Assembly (NCBI GenBank): GCA_973851085.1
Contig: OZ316776.1
Span: 2,542,001 to 2,606,000 of the forward strand
Origin: Ptychomitrium polyphyllum
Lineage: Eukaryota
DNA length: 64,000 bases
Reading direction: 5' to 3'
Below, piece by piece: positions 12,896 to 24,409 of this stretch (the stretch's first letter is position 1; each line of letters opens with the position of its first letter). Position numbers and translations under genes: made by a program. The notes under the pieces are model-generated. The model made no database searches. It had not been told where the DNA came from and saw only the letters and a list, made by a program, of their open reading frames with translations.

Positions 12896-15800
12896 CTTGT
12901 TGCACTGTATACAGAGAATCAACAAATAATTGATGCATCAGCTCCAAGTTCACACGCACGAGATGAGAACCTCAATTATATCAATGAAGAGGAGGAACTT
13001 GAGACTTGATTTGAATTGCATTAAACAAGAACAGTCTCAAAGGAACAAGAGAATATCATTAATACAGCAAGCTAAACAAAGAACTGACCAAACAGTGGAC
13101 GATTGGATTAAGGATCGTAAAGACAAAGACCAGGACCAAGACAACCAAGAAAAAAGGAGTCGGGCTTTAAAAATGTAATAGTCCAGCTAAAATACTCTTT
13201 TAAGATGCTTGTGGAGGTGACAGCCTGTAACTTTGGATTTTCCGTCTGGAACATCAGTAGTTATCAACTAAGCGAAATTTGACACGACGGCACCTACATA
13301 ACATACAAAAAAGAAGCGCTACCTTTCTACGAGTCCGGGATTCCCAGACCAACGACCTCAGATAAGAGGCACAGCTAAGTTAACACACGAACCAAACCAC
13401 AATAAACGATCGTACAATCCTACCATGCTATTTCCGGACAGGTCTAAAATCCTTCACCGCCAAACGCTCATACTACTCTCCGATTCCACGCAAAAATATC
13501 TCCAAGAAAAATTCACAGCAGAAAATAATCTTCAAAAAACAGCAGACCAGAAAAAGCTAACAATCAACCAAGAAACAAGAGAACAACCAAAAAAACCTAA
13601 AGTAAACGAAACCACCGTCAACGCCGCGCTAAACGAGACACTAATTCCACAAATCAAGCGCACCAGGCTCTCCACACATCCGCAGATCCAGTCCTAACGC
13701 TTCACAACAGCCTCTAAACCCTAACTCCGAACAATCCACACAAGAAACACTACCACTCTAAACCTCTAGATCACTCCACAACGCATCATCATATCGCAAC
13801 AACATCCTCTCACAAAATCCTCGCGCAAACGTCGAAATCAAAAACGCGCTACAAGAGAAAACTAACAATCGAACTCTAGATTTCAATCACAAAAATCCAT
13901 CCCCCGCTCTCTTGTAAGCGCACCACAACAGAGCACGACAAGATAAACGAAAACTTACGTGAACCTGGAGACCTGGACAAGGAAATGCTAGTGGATGATG
14001 GAGCGTAGGTTGCAAAAATCGCTGCTGCGAGAGCGCGAGCGGAGCAAATCGAGGAGCTGGGAAGAAATGAGTTGACACAACACAAACACATATCGCAACT
14101 TCGGATTTTGATGATCCCAGGCAGGGGATGCACACAAAACCGTCGCTCTACACAATACCAACAGTCTCCAATATCTGTAGATTTATAACTTTCGTATGTA
14201 CCGATTTTTTACAAGATGTTGGTTATGAGGGGTGGTGACGGTTTTAGAGATGATTGTAGTGTGGAGTTCATGATCCAATCCTTGACGGTAGGGATGTTTT
14301 GCAGAATCGTCACTGTACCCAAACAAAACAGTATTAAGGTAAATACACGGAGTCGTAGATAAGCTTTTTGGTACTGGTAGATAATCGTTTGTTTGGTATA
14401 GCCACGGATTTGGACACGCATGTCGTCTGAGATTTGGTTCAGAGCCTTATCGAGCGCGCGAGGTGGTGTTCGTGGGAACGCGGCTATAAGCGGCTTCGAG
14501 GAAGTTCTAGGGCGTTCGGTTGGAGGGCGAGTGCCTTAGGCAGGTTGCCAAAGCACCGCTGGGCATCTACGGACTGTCTAGATTTGTGGAGATCTTTCGT
14601 GGGGTCCAAGTAAAGGTTGGTAGAGACGTGAGTTTGTAATAGCTTGTGTTCTGTGATGAGAGTGGGTATCGACTCAGACTGTGCTACACATGAGGTTAGT
14701 CTAAATTAGGTTTTTGGAATTTGTTGAATTATTATCCTGCAATTGAAAGTATTGCACATATATCCAAATTTGCATGAAAAATGCTATAAGTCGTTTTCAT
14801 ACAGTTTTTGTGAATTGAGATACATCTGGCCACAATTAACTACTCCTAATTGTTGCTTTTAGTTATATAAACTTCAATGTATACTAATTGGATCATCTTA
14901 TTAATTCAGGTCTTGGCTCTTATTATTTATTAATATATAGTAAATCATTATTATTAATTAAACCTTCATAAGTTCCTCAACTATCTTTTATAGTTCTGCA
15001 AAGTATTATTTCTGTGGCTTTGAAAAAAAACGCATTAGAAATTTAAAAAATTCAAGCATAGAAGCAATAATGAATGCATAGGCCAAATAATGGATATAGG
15101 TTAAAAGAAAGTATTTATACCATTTTAATTCTTATTCATTAAAAATAAAAAATAAAAATCTTTAATTGAATGAATATGAGCAAAAAAGTACATAGTTTTT
15201 TCTTATTTTTAAGTCTTTTTAACATTATCTTATATTAGTGAGTGTGTATTGAAACATTTTGAAAAGAAGTATAAATTTGAAAAAAAAAAAGTATACAAAA
15301 AACATTAATGTAATCTTTTAATAAACTCACCTTGTGTTTTTTCTTTGTTTTCTTAAATTAAAAATCATTCATTGATATAATGAAATATAAACTATGTACT
15401 TAAACTAATTGCATTGTGTAAATCCAAATTTTGAATAAAATCAAGCATTTTTTAGAAGATGAAAAAAAATTCATCTTAAACTTTTGCCTTGTGTATTTTA
15501 ATCATTTGATTAAATATAACATTTGACAAATCTAAAGAATAGATTTTGACCTTTTAAACTAAATATACCCTTAAAAGCTCAAATGTTTGACCAAATTAAT
15601 AATCAAAGTTGCACAATACAAAATCCAAATCTCAAAACTTTTAAAATAAGTAGAATTCCAATTTGCAACACTTGAACTTATACATGTGTTTAAATTTTTT
15701 TTAATATTTAAAATATAACAAGGAGCCAATTCGTTTTAAATCAAAATCCATTTAGAAGGTTCAAATTAAAACATCCTTGTTTTTTGGAACTCTAAAGAAT

Positions 15801-17820
15801 TCTTTCATCATCATAGTTTTTAACTAAAATACTGACATGGCATTTAATGTCAAACGCAGTACAATGAAATATTTATGTATTAAAAAGAAAGATTTAGTAG
15901 CTTCAAACTTGACCTTGCCTATTAAGTGGCTCTATGTACAACAACTCAATGCCAAGCTCCAAACAAAGTAAGGCAAGAAATTTAACATTATGTTTTATCT
16001 TTACTATAAAATTTTACCATTTAAGCTTATAGACCTTGAATTTGATATAGACAACAATCTTGACCACCACTAAAAGCTTTTCTATTGTCATCTTGGCCTT
16101 CTCTCTATACTTTTTGTAATATTTATTAATCTAAAAGAAGGAAATTATGCCATATAAGACAAAGGTATTCTAGTAATGATGTTAAATCCAATCCACTTAA
16201 AATAAAGCATATGCAAGCAAGTTTTTAATTTGAAACCATCAATATAAAACTTGAAAAGCTCAACAATAAAAAAGCAATTTTCATTGTAGTTAATGTGGTT
16301 GTTATTAGAATTGCTTTTTAATCTAATACTACTGTAATAAAGTACATTACAAAGCTCCATTACAAAGCAACAAATTAGTATGGCCACCTTGACCATCCTA
16401 CAAGCATGCTCAATGACATAAAACCACTACTTCAAGGCCCTAGAGCATAGAAAAGTCATACAATAATCAACAATTATAGCCTTCAAAGAAACTCACATAT
16501 TTAAAATAATCAAGATATTAAGGCTTGAGGCTAATATATCTTAATAACAAAATGAGTTATATTGACTACCATAAGAAAAAATTATATTGACAAAAATAGC
16601 AATTGAATTAGGTTTTTAAAACTATAAATTATAAGAAAGAAAATTGAATTTTTTTTGAATTAATAATGGTTAACTATTTGGTGAACTCGATCAATAAAAG
16701 AGATCAAAGATCTTACATTAAATTCCTAACTATTTCCTCTATAAAACTTCATTTATTTCTTGAATGGTATTTCTTTCCAATAGAGTTGATTATCCTCATG
16801 GGAATATTAAAAAAAACTTCATTTACATTAAAAATTGATGTTTGAATGTTAAAAAAACTTAAGCTTAAAGTACAAACAATAAGCCAAGATATTTATAGAT
16901 TTAATATTTCTATATTATACAAAATTGAATGAAAACATTTTAAATCAATTTATACCATCATGTTTTTTTTTAATATGCCTTATAATCAATTTGGTGTTTT
17001 AAAATGAATAACTATTGCAATTCTTCAAGGCCTTATAAATAAAACTTTCTTAGTTTTATAAAGTATGCAATATGCTAGTCTTTACATGAGCATCTTGGTT
17101 TTTACTAAAATTGAATAAAAAATTAGAATGATTTATAAACTATAAGATCACAAATGTAGTACTAAAGACAAAATCAACTTTTAAATATTAATATTGTATA
17201 TTGCATTGACAACTTATTTTAAAGTCTTTGGCACATTCCACACAAAGCATTATAAATCATTATGTAACTTTTTTTTTAATAATTTTTCAATATAAGTATC
17301 AATAATACCACCATATATATACAACATTTTATTTGATAAACTATTTAAATCCATATTCACTCTCAATACGGATTCAAATTTCTTATCTCACTCTTACTAA
17401 TGCAAATTCTATTTACTTTAAATCTCATACATCACTTGTCAATTATCTTTTTAGTGATTTGTTGGCGCCACATATATAGCTACAATTAAAGCAAAAATTA
17501 TAATATCTATACATAAATGTAGATACAATAAATATCAATGTAGGCACATTAAACAAATTCTTATGTAAACAAAGATAACATATACAATAAATTAGATATC
17601 ATAATCATCATCAAATTTGCAATTAATAAAATCAAATCCAAAAACATTACAAATAAACCTTTAAAAAGGAAAGAAGAAATTATACAAGTTGTTAAGCTAC
17701 TTTTCACTCCACAAACGAAGAGTATAAGTGTAAAAGGAAGATAAAAGCTTTACAAAATGATTGTACTACTATCTCTTAAGGAAAATCCTACAAGGTCGTT
17801 TTCTTTCGGTCTAAACAGTA

Positions 17821-17900
17821 TTTATAAAACTTGACTTGGTAGAGAATACCAAGCTAAAGGAGCTTCTCCACTTAACACCTCTTCCAATTCCTAATTAGTA
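17821..17900 (+). repeat. Degenerate dispersed repeat, copy A (probable TE remnant)
   Basis: AAAACTTGACTTGGTAGAGAATACCAAGCTAAAGGAGCTTCTCCAC aligns by eye with 35441-35520 and, inverted, with 40700-40780. Confidence 0.65.
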
Positions 17901-20900
17901 CCAAAATTCAACTAAATTTGAAATTATAATAAATGAATGAAAAAGATTCATAAATTAATTTAGTTTGCATCCATTTGACATGACTTGGCATCGAATTCTA
18001 TATCTAGTGACAACATAGAAGGTGCAACATACATCAAAACAATCAAATTTAAACAAATAGAATATATTATATTACAGAGAAAAAAGATTATAAAAATCTA
18101 TAAAGACAAAAGAGGAGAAACATCAGTTGGAAGTTGTGTTTTGATCATACATAATACAACATTATATTTAAAAACCTTTAATTTGCTTCTACTACTTTCT
18201 AATACCTTTATATATCTTCTAAGAATTTTCAAATAATTTCTTGAGAATCTTATAATACCTCCCATTAGCTTCCAATAGCTTCTTTAATTTTTCATTTCAA
18301 TTGGAATTTTTTTTAAAGAAATTTCAGAGACATCCAAAACATTTTATAACTTCATAAGAATTTTTTTTAAATTATTTTAAGAAGCATAAACTTCATGGTA
18401 TATATTAATAGTAAGATGAAGTACATTTTAATCTTGCCAATATAAATTGTGGAAAACATCCATTACATTGCATTGTTTCTAGTTCTTGTACCAATTCTTG
18501 TCATCCAATAGTATTTTGGAAGCTAGTTTTAAAAATCCCTTCTTATTTAATTTTTAATTTTTTTTTGTATTTTCAATAGATTATACTTTGAAACGTGAAA
18601 ATGGAAAAATGAGCAAAATTAGATACAAATGAAATGGTAAAAAAAACATTTAATACTATAAGCTTTTATATGCTTCATTATGTAATAAACATGTATTATG
18701 AAATATAAAGTAGAAATTGTTGAAAATAATATAAACCATGTTAAGTTTTTATTACTACTACAACCTTTGCCTATACTATAAGAGGTGCTACCTTAGATTT
18801 TCATAATGCACAATATGATACTAAAAGAGTTTGTTATCACTAAAATGCTATGTTGAAATATAAGCCATTTATTACATAAAACATAGTCATTATATGCGCT
18901 TATTATTATTTTAGATATATAATTAATTGGATATTAATATAATTTATTTTAAACTCATGTGCTACATGATTGTTAAATTGAGAATCAATTCCTCGTTAAT
19001 AAACAAAGGATTTGATTGAATTAAAACAAGTCAATGACAATATTTAAACAAGCAAATAGTAAGCTAACGTAAATTATTAAAGGAGCTTCTTTTTGACTTT
19101 CTTCAATGGTTTTTAATTGGCTAAAGGGACAAGAAGAAATGAAGATTTAAAGAATAAGACAAAGGATGTTGAAACATTTAAATTTGAACATTTAAGTATT
19201 GATTATTATGGGATATTTGAATTAGTATAGGATTTAAGGGAGTGAAGTAGATTTTTAAGGCTTTTACGTCTTAAAATAACTTTTTAAAATTAAGAAGATA
19301 TATAAAGTATATAATTCATATTTTCTTTGTAAAATTTGAATTACGAATTTTAGGCCTTTGTAAATATTTTGAAATGTTTTTTTATACAATAATAAGGATT
19401 TAGATTCTTTACAAGATATTTTGATAGTATATAAGTTTGAATATTTTATTCTTATTATAAAAAATCAATGAAATATTGAAGTGGAAGAAGTCTAGAAATT
19501 ATAGCGGGCAAATGATTAAATTTTGAAGGCTCAATTTTTAATGCATGTTACGTTTTCAATTACCAAAAGTGTAGGATAAACTTTTAATATTATTTCTTTT
19601 TAAGTTTTTCAAAAGGTTTGTATGCATAAAATATAAAAACCATGAAATATGAGAATGTATGTAATCATGTGTTTGAAACAAAGTTGATACAAGAAAGTTA
19701 GCCAAAAAAAAGACTTTCCTTGGCTTATTCAAACTTCAAAGCTTATATTGCTATGAAATTTAGTGTATAAATTCTTGATAAATTATGAAACAAGCAAATT
19801 AAATTTTATGAGTAATGAACTTGCAAAATGAGAGTTATGTGATGACAATATTGATTATGTCTAATTTGGAATTAGCAAATGCGTTAGTAATTTAATACAT
19901 GGTTCAGGAAAATATTTGAGAGATAGAAGGTTGATTAAGTGATGGATACATATTAGAAACGTTTCTAAGTGGCACAAAAATATATCACAACAAGCAGCAT
20001 TCTACTTTTCCAAACATACAGAACATCTTATGTGATATCAGCTACGAATTCAAAAATTTGCTTTAGATCCCAATGAAAACGTGTTAATACTTCTAGGTGC
20101 CAATATCTTCCTCTCCCTCACTTGCAAAGAAGCAGATGGGATCCATAGAATCTTGCTTTGATGTTCAACCTAACTCACACTACATTGCGAATTGTGAATA
20201 TAAGTTCAGATAAAGGTTTTCTTCCTTCTCTTTTTGAGAAGAGTCACCTGTTCACTTAACCCTCAGACGCTCAGACTATTAAGAAACTGTGAGCATGAGT
20301 TGAGAAATTGTTCTACAAAGAGGAAAATCTGCTCAACCACTGAGAATGTATGAAAACTTGGTAGACATTTAGGCAATTTCACAGCATGTACCTCATTAAG
20401 AAGAAATTGGATATTCATATATAATTGAGAAACAATGTCTTTCATAAGCTCAGAGACAAAACACAATATTTTTGAAAACGTCACATGACATATGAAAATG
20501 TCATGAATAATATTTTGCAAATCTCAATAAGATCAATTTTTTTTTTAAATTATCAAAATGGTTTAAGAATACAGAGATAATTCACCCATTCAAAACAAGA
20601 AAAGAAGATCACATATAAACATAATGTTTCCACAAATACAATGTCAAAATGTCAAATCGTCGTTAACACATCAAACCAGCCATTTACATTAGTACCATTT
20701 CAGAGCCTCCTCTAGTTTCTGGTGAAGTGATGCTCCACGACTACCAGCCTCCAGCTGCTGGAGGTTAGATCAAAGACCTGTTCTAAAAATTCGACTCCAG
20801 TCTCCCTTTGTGTGCAAGGTTACGCGAGCCATCTCCTTCACCCCTAACCTAAAGCTCTACTATAAGACTGGCAATCACATATGCCGAAGAATACACTTTA

Positions 20901-21007
20901 AGTTCGAATCCACAGACCTAGACCATTCCTCACTCTCCACAAGATTCACTATCTAGTGTCTACAGGGATGTGGAAATTCCAACATGAACGGCATTCTTCC
21001 ATGTTTA

Positions 21008-21316
21008 TCAAATTATTTGAAGAACCCAATGACCTACTAATTTAGAAAGTAATATTTTTTGCAAACAATAGCCGCTTGAACAATACAATTTGAGTGTACC
21101 ATCTTCAAAATCATTCTGAAGAAAACGTTCAGGAAGAAAAGAAAACAATAAACAAATCCAAATTAAACCTAAATGAAAATGACATAAAAAGTCTTTAGAA
21201 AAGCCTATCATTAAGGGCATTACTACGATGTATGACAGAAATAAAGAAAAAGTCGTGATTAGTGTAGATAAATTAAGGAAAATCTGTTGATAAAAAAGTT
21301 TTAGAAACAGTTTCAA
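21008..21316 (-). pseudogene. ccmB: Mitochondrial ccmB, 3'-truncated at the NUMT junction (true start uncertain)
   Basis: PLMIGFSKDFLCHFHLGLIWICLLFSFLPERFLQNDFEDGTL..GHWVLQI matches bryophyte CcmB; the ORF stops after ~100 aa. Confidence 0.88.
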
Positions 21317-21413
21317 GGGCGAAGCTTCTTCATTTTTAAATCCGAAAAAAAAAAATATATATTTTTTTTAGCTAGGGCCTGCGGCCTCGACTTAAGGGTT
21401 TTCGCGAGAGCGG

Positions 21414-22097
21414 CTAAGCACTTTGCGAAAGAATGACTGTTTTCGTAATCAAATTACAAAATAAATATACAAACTGTATAGAATCATCATTCACTGGAAT
21501 GGGATAAGTTATTAATTTTTGTAATCTGTTTGAAATATTAGAATCCACCAAAGATACGATAGGTATTTGTAATTGATTGGCTTCAAGTATAGCCATAGAA
21601 TTTTTATTTGCATTTATGATTACTAAACAATCGGGAATATCGTGTGTCATGATTCCTTCAAAACATTTTTGCATTTTTCTAAAATGTGGAAAAAAATCGA
21701 AGGGCGACGACGTAGAGGCGTCTTTAAATTTGGAATGCGCAGAGAAATTCTGAAAGTGTTTTTGTACATTTTTCATATGTTTGCGATTGGTCAAAAATCC
21801 TCCAATCCATTTATGATTGATATAGCTCTGATTGGTTCTTTTCGCCATTTGTTGAACTATTTTATTATATTCTGGATCGGTATTTACTAATAAAAAATGG
21901 CCTTTTGCACAAATAATAGATTCAATCAAATTACAAGCTCTTTGTAAACAAATAAGTATTTTTTCTAAATTAATAATAGCCATTTCATTTCTAAATCCGT
22001 ATAAATATCCTTGAAAATCGGAAGTAGGTATTTGATAGCCCAGATATGCATTTGTACTTAATAATTTTTGAATAACCGACAAACTAGAATTGTACAT
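21414..22097 (-). pseudogene. rps2: Mitochondrial ribosomal protein S2, ORF still intact (227 aa) inside the NUMT
   Basis: KLLSTNAYLG..YLYGFRNEMAIINLEK, KWIGGFLTN, AILEANQLQIPIVSLVDSN and YPIPVNDDS are S2-family motifs. No targeting peptide. Confidence 0.88.
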
Positions 22098-22119
22098 AGT
22101 TCCTTTTTTTTTTATTTCT

Positions 22120-22193
22120 GTTTAGATAGCTCAGGTGGTTAGAGCAAAGGACTGAAAATCCTTGTGTCAGTGGTTCAAATCCACTTCTAAACA
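22120..22193 (+). tRNA. trnF: tRNA-Phe(GAA), mitochondrial type (NUMT copy)
   Basis: GTTTAGA..TCTAAAC acceptor stem, AAGGA-CTGAAAA-TCCTT anticodon arm, GGTTCAAATCC T-arm. Confidence 0.92.
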
Positions 22194-22548
22194 CAATAGA
22201 GTGAAGCTTTAGATTAAATAATTTTTAAGGAGTTCAGATCTTAAGGGAAGAAAGTGGTCTGAAAGTCGATCTTGCAGTTGCTTTGAACAAAAGCATGCTT
22301 GGTTCTAGAGACTGTTTCACAAAAAAAAAAATATATTTTTTATTTATCTTACTTCTTATCTTCGAGAAAAAGCAATCTCAAACTTTGAAACCAAGGCCTT
22401 GCCAAAAGGCCGCGGGCGCTTAGCCGGTTGTTGCTCGCACTGTTTGTGTTGCAGATGGCGGCTAAGTATAGAGGTTTATCAAAGTTTTTGACCTTCTTTA
22501 GATAATAAATAGGTGCAGCACTTATAAAGGAACGGTAGAATTTCAAGT

Positions 22549-22619
22549 AGGCTAAGGACGGATTTGAACCATCTTTCTAGGATTTGCAGTCCAATACATT
22601 ACCTTTATGTTACTTAGCC
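22549..22619 (-). tRNA. trnC: tRNA-Cys(GCA), mitochondrial type (NUMT copy)
   Basis: Reverse complement GGCTAAG..CTTAGCC acceptor stem, GGA-CTGCAAA-TCC anticodon loop, GGTTCAAATCC T-arm. Confidence 0.9.
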
Positions 22620-23027
22620 ATTTTTTCTATTTTTGGTATAAAAAAAATGAATGAAAGGCCACAGTCTTCGCAGCCTTTTAGGCCTCACTCGTCAAGAGCT
22701 GCGTGAATACACACGCGGCGACGGTACCGGACTCTTTTTTGCAAGATGGGCCAACTAATGACAAAAAATGAATGATATCAACATAAAAAAATCTATACTT
22801 TTTTTTTCGTGGCTTCGAGCAAAAAGTTGTATGATGGGAAAACTATCATGTACGGCTCTGGAAGAGGACACAACAATAGCAGCCCGAATTTCGCCTCACT
22901 CTTTAACAATTACTATGTAATTGCATTCCTCATGAAACTTATTATGAGGGCGCAGCGTGGTCTGAAAGCCTCTATAAGCAGATGAATCAGGTTAGAAAGT
23001 AAGTACTAAAAAAAAGAAAAAAGCAAC

Positions 23028-23518
23028 ATGAGCTTTACTCAATTATTTCCCCAATATAATTCTAGTTTGAATCCATTACGCGGAAGCGCTATACAATGTT
23101 CAGTTAAAAAATTATGACAAAACATGATATTGGTGAATACAGGGCTGAAAACTCCAATAATTTGTTTCCAACATGAGCTGAAAAGAGTGCCAATCACCAA
23201 GCAAACGAGGTTTATTTTGGGAATTGAAGATGTGGAAGTTTTTAGTGAACCAAAAATGCTTTTGCCAAAACCGCTAGAAAGGAAATGCAAAAGCAAACTA
23301 GTTTGGACTGAACTAACGAAAATTTGGCGAAGTGACCGAAATTTGATCAAAGGGTTTATTTTGAATTCGGTCAAAGGAGGTTATGCAGTAGCAATCGCAG
23401 GTCATATAGCTTTTCTTCCAAAGAGTCTTCGCAGAAATCGAAAAGTATTTCATAGTCAATGGAGAATCTTCTCCATTTTGAACATGAACTCAAAAATTGG
23501 CAATATTGTGGTAAAAGA
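23028..23518 (+). pseudogene. rps1: Mitochondrial rps1, premature stop at codon 30 and 3'-truncated
   Basis: ATG at 23028 (MSFTQLFPQYNSSLNPLRGSAIQC), in-frame TGA at 23115-23117, then S1 motif IKGFILNSVKGGYAVAIAGHIAFLPKS. Similarity is lost after NIVVK. Confidence 0.85.
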
Positions 23519-23689
23519 TGGACCTTTCAAATGTTCACACCCTTCCCAATTGGCAATTTTTGGATCTGCATATGAAGCCTCAGAGCACTGGTTTGGAAGA
23601 ATGATGCACCACTTTGTCATCGCATTACCCTTAAATCTCAAAAGCATAAAGTGGAATCCGTCTCCCCTAAAGTAAAACCCAAAGCAGAT

Positions 23690-24409
23690 CTAAAATCCTG
23701 AGGGGGGAGTGTCGGGCGAGGGTGGGCTACCAGGAATAGCCGGATTGTGACACACGAAGCCCCTGCAAACCGAGAGATAAATCACGAAGACAACGATGAC
23801 GATGAGAAGCAGCACAAGGAGCTTCAGTTTGAAGTGTTGGCACCACAACCTCCGGCGAATCTTCTTCCCTTGTCGCTGGAAATGGTGCGCATCCCCTTGC
23901 AACCCCGCCGTCTTATCCACCAACAGATCAATCTTCTCGTTCCGGTCCAGAACCTTCTCGATATTCTCCATCATGATCCCCTTCACCTCTGCCACCTGAC
24001 TCTTGACTCTTAACATCTTCCTCACCTCCTCGGGATTCGAGAGCACGAACTCCATGTGCTGCTTCAGCCAGGGACTGAACTCGGCATCCAGGCTATGCGC
24101 CACGGCGAGATCCGCCCTGCCGCCCTGGTACCGGTGCTTGAAGTCGTCCTTCACGCGGTCCAGAAACGCGAACGGAATCTGGCGCCCGAACTCCTCGTCC
24201 GCTACTGCGAGGTACGTGAATCCATCTTCTATCAGAAAGTTGAACGTGTGGTTATCGCATACATATGTGTGCTTGTTGTTCGCGGCTGGGAGTTTCACCA
24301 AACACTGCACCGCGATGGTTCTAAAGTTCCCCTGAAATGCTGTATACTCCGCCAGTACCGTCGTCCCCCGCGCCACGAAGCTGTAGATAAGCTGCGATGG
24401 GTCACCCAT
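23690..24409 (-). CDS. VAMP72: R-SNARE of the VAMP72 family (longin + synaptobrevin + TM), single coding exon
   Basis: [62 protein letters not shown], hydrophobic C-terminal TM, Pro-rich tail. Confidence 0.93.
   Translation of the reverse strand: MGDPSQLIYSFVARGTTVLAEYTAFQGNFRTIAVQCLVKLPAANNKHTYVCDNHTFNFLIEDGFTYLAVADEEFGRQIPFAFLDRVKDDFKHRYQGGRADLAVAHSLDAEFSPWLKQHMEFVLSNPEEVRKMLRVKSQVAEVKGIMMENIEKVLDRNEKIDLLVDKTAGLQGDAHHFQRQGKKIRRRLWCQHFKLKLLVLLLIVIVVFVIYLSVCRGFVCHNPAIPGSPPSPDTPPSGF

Larger units (their letters stand above)
21012..23518. other. Nuclear insertion of mitochondrial DNA (NUMT), ~2.5 kb
   Basis: Contiguous organelle-type genes (ccmB, rps2, trnF, trnC, rps1) with no introns or targeting peptides. 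Both terminal genes are cut mid-ORF and flanked by nuclear sequence. Boundaries are approximate. Confidence 0.93.

Noticed and set aside
21008..23518. Bacterial horizontal transfer or functional nuclear rps/ccm genes
   Set aside because: Proteins and tRNAs are plant-mitochondrial type, the terminal genes are truncated and there are no targeting peptides, so a NUMT explains it better.
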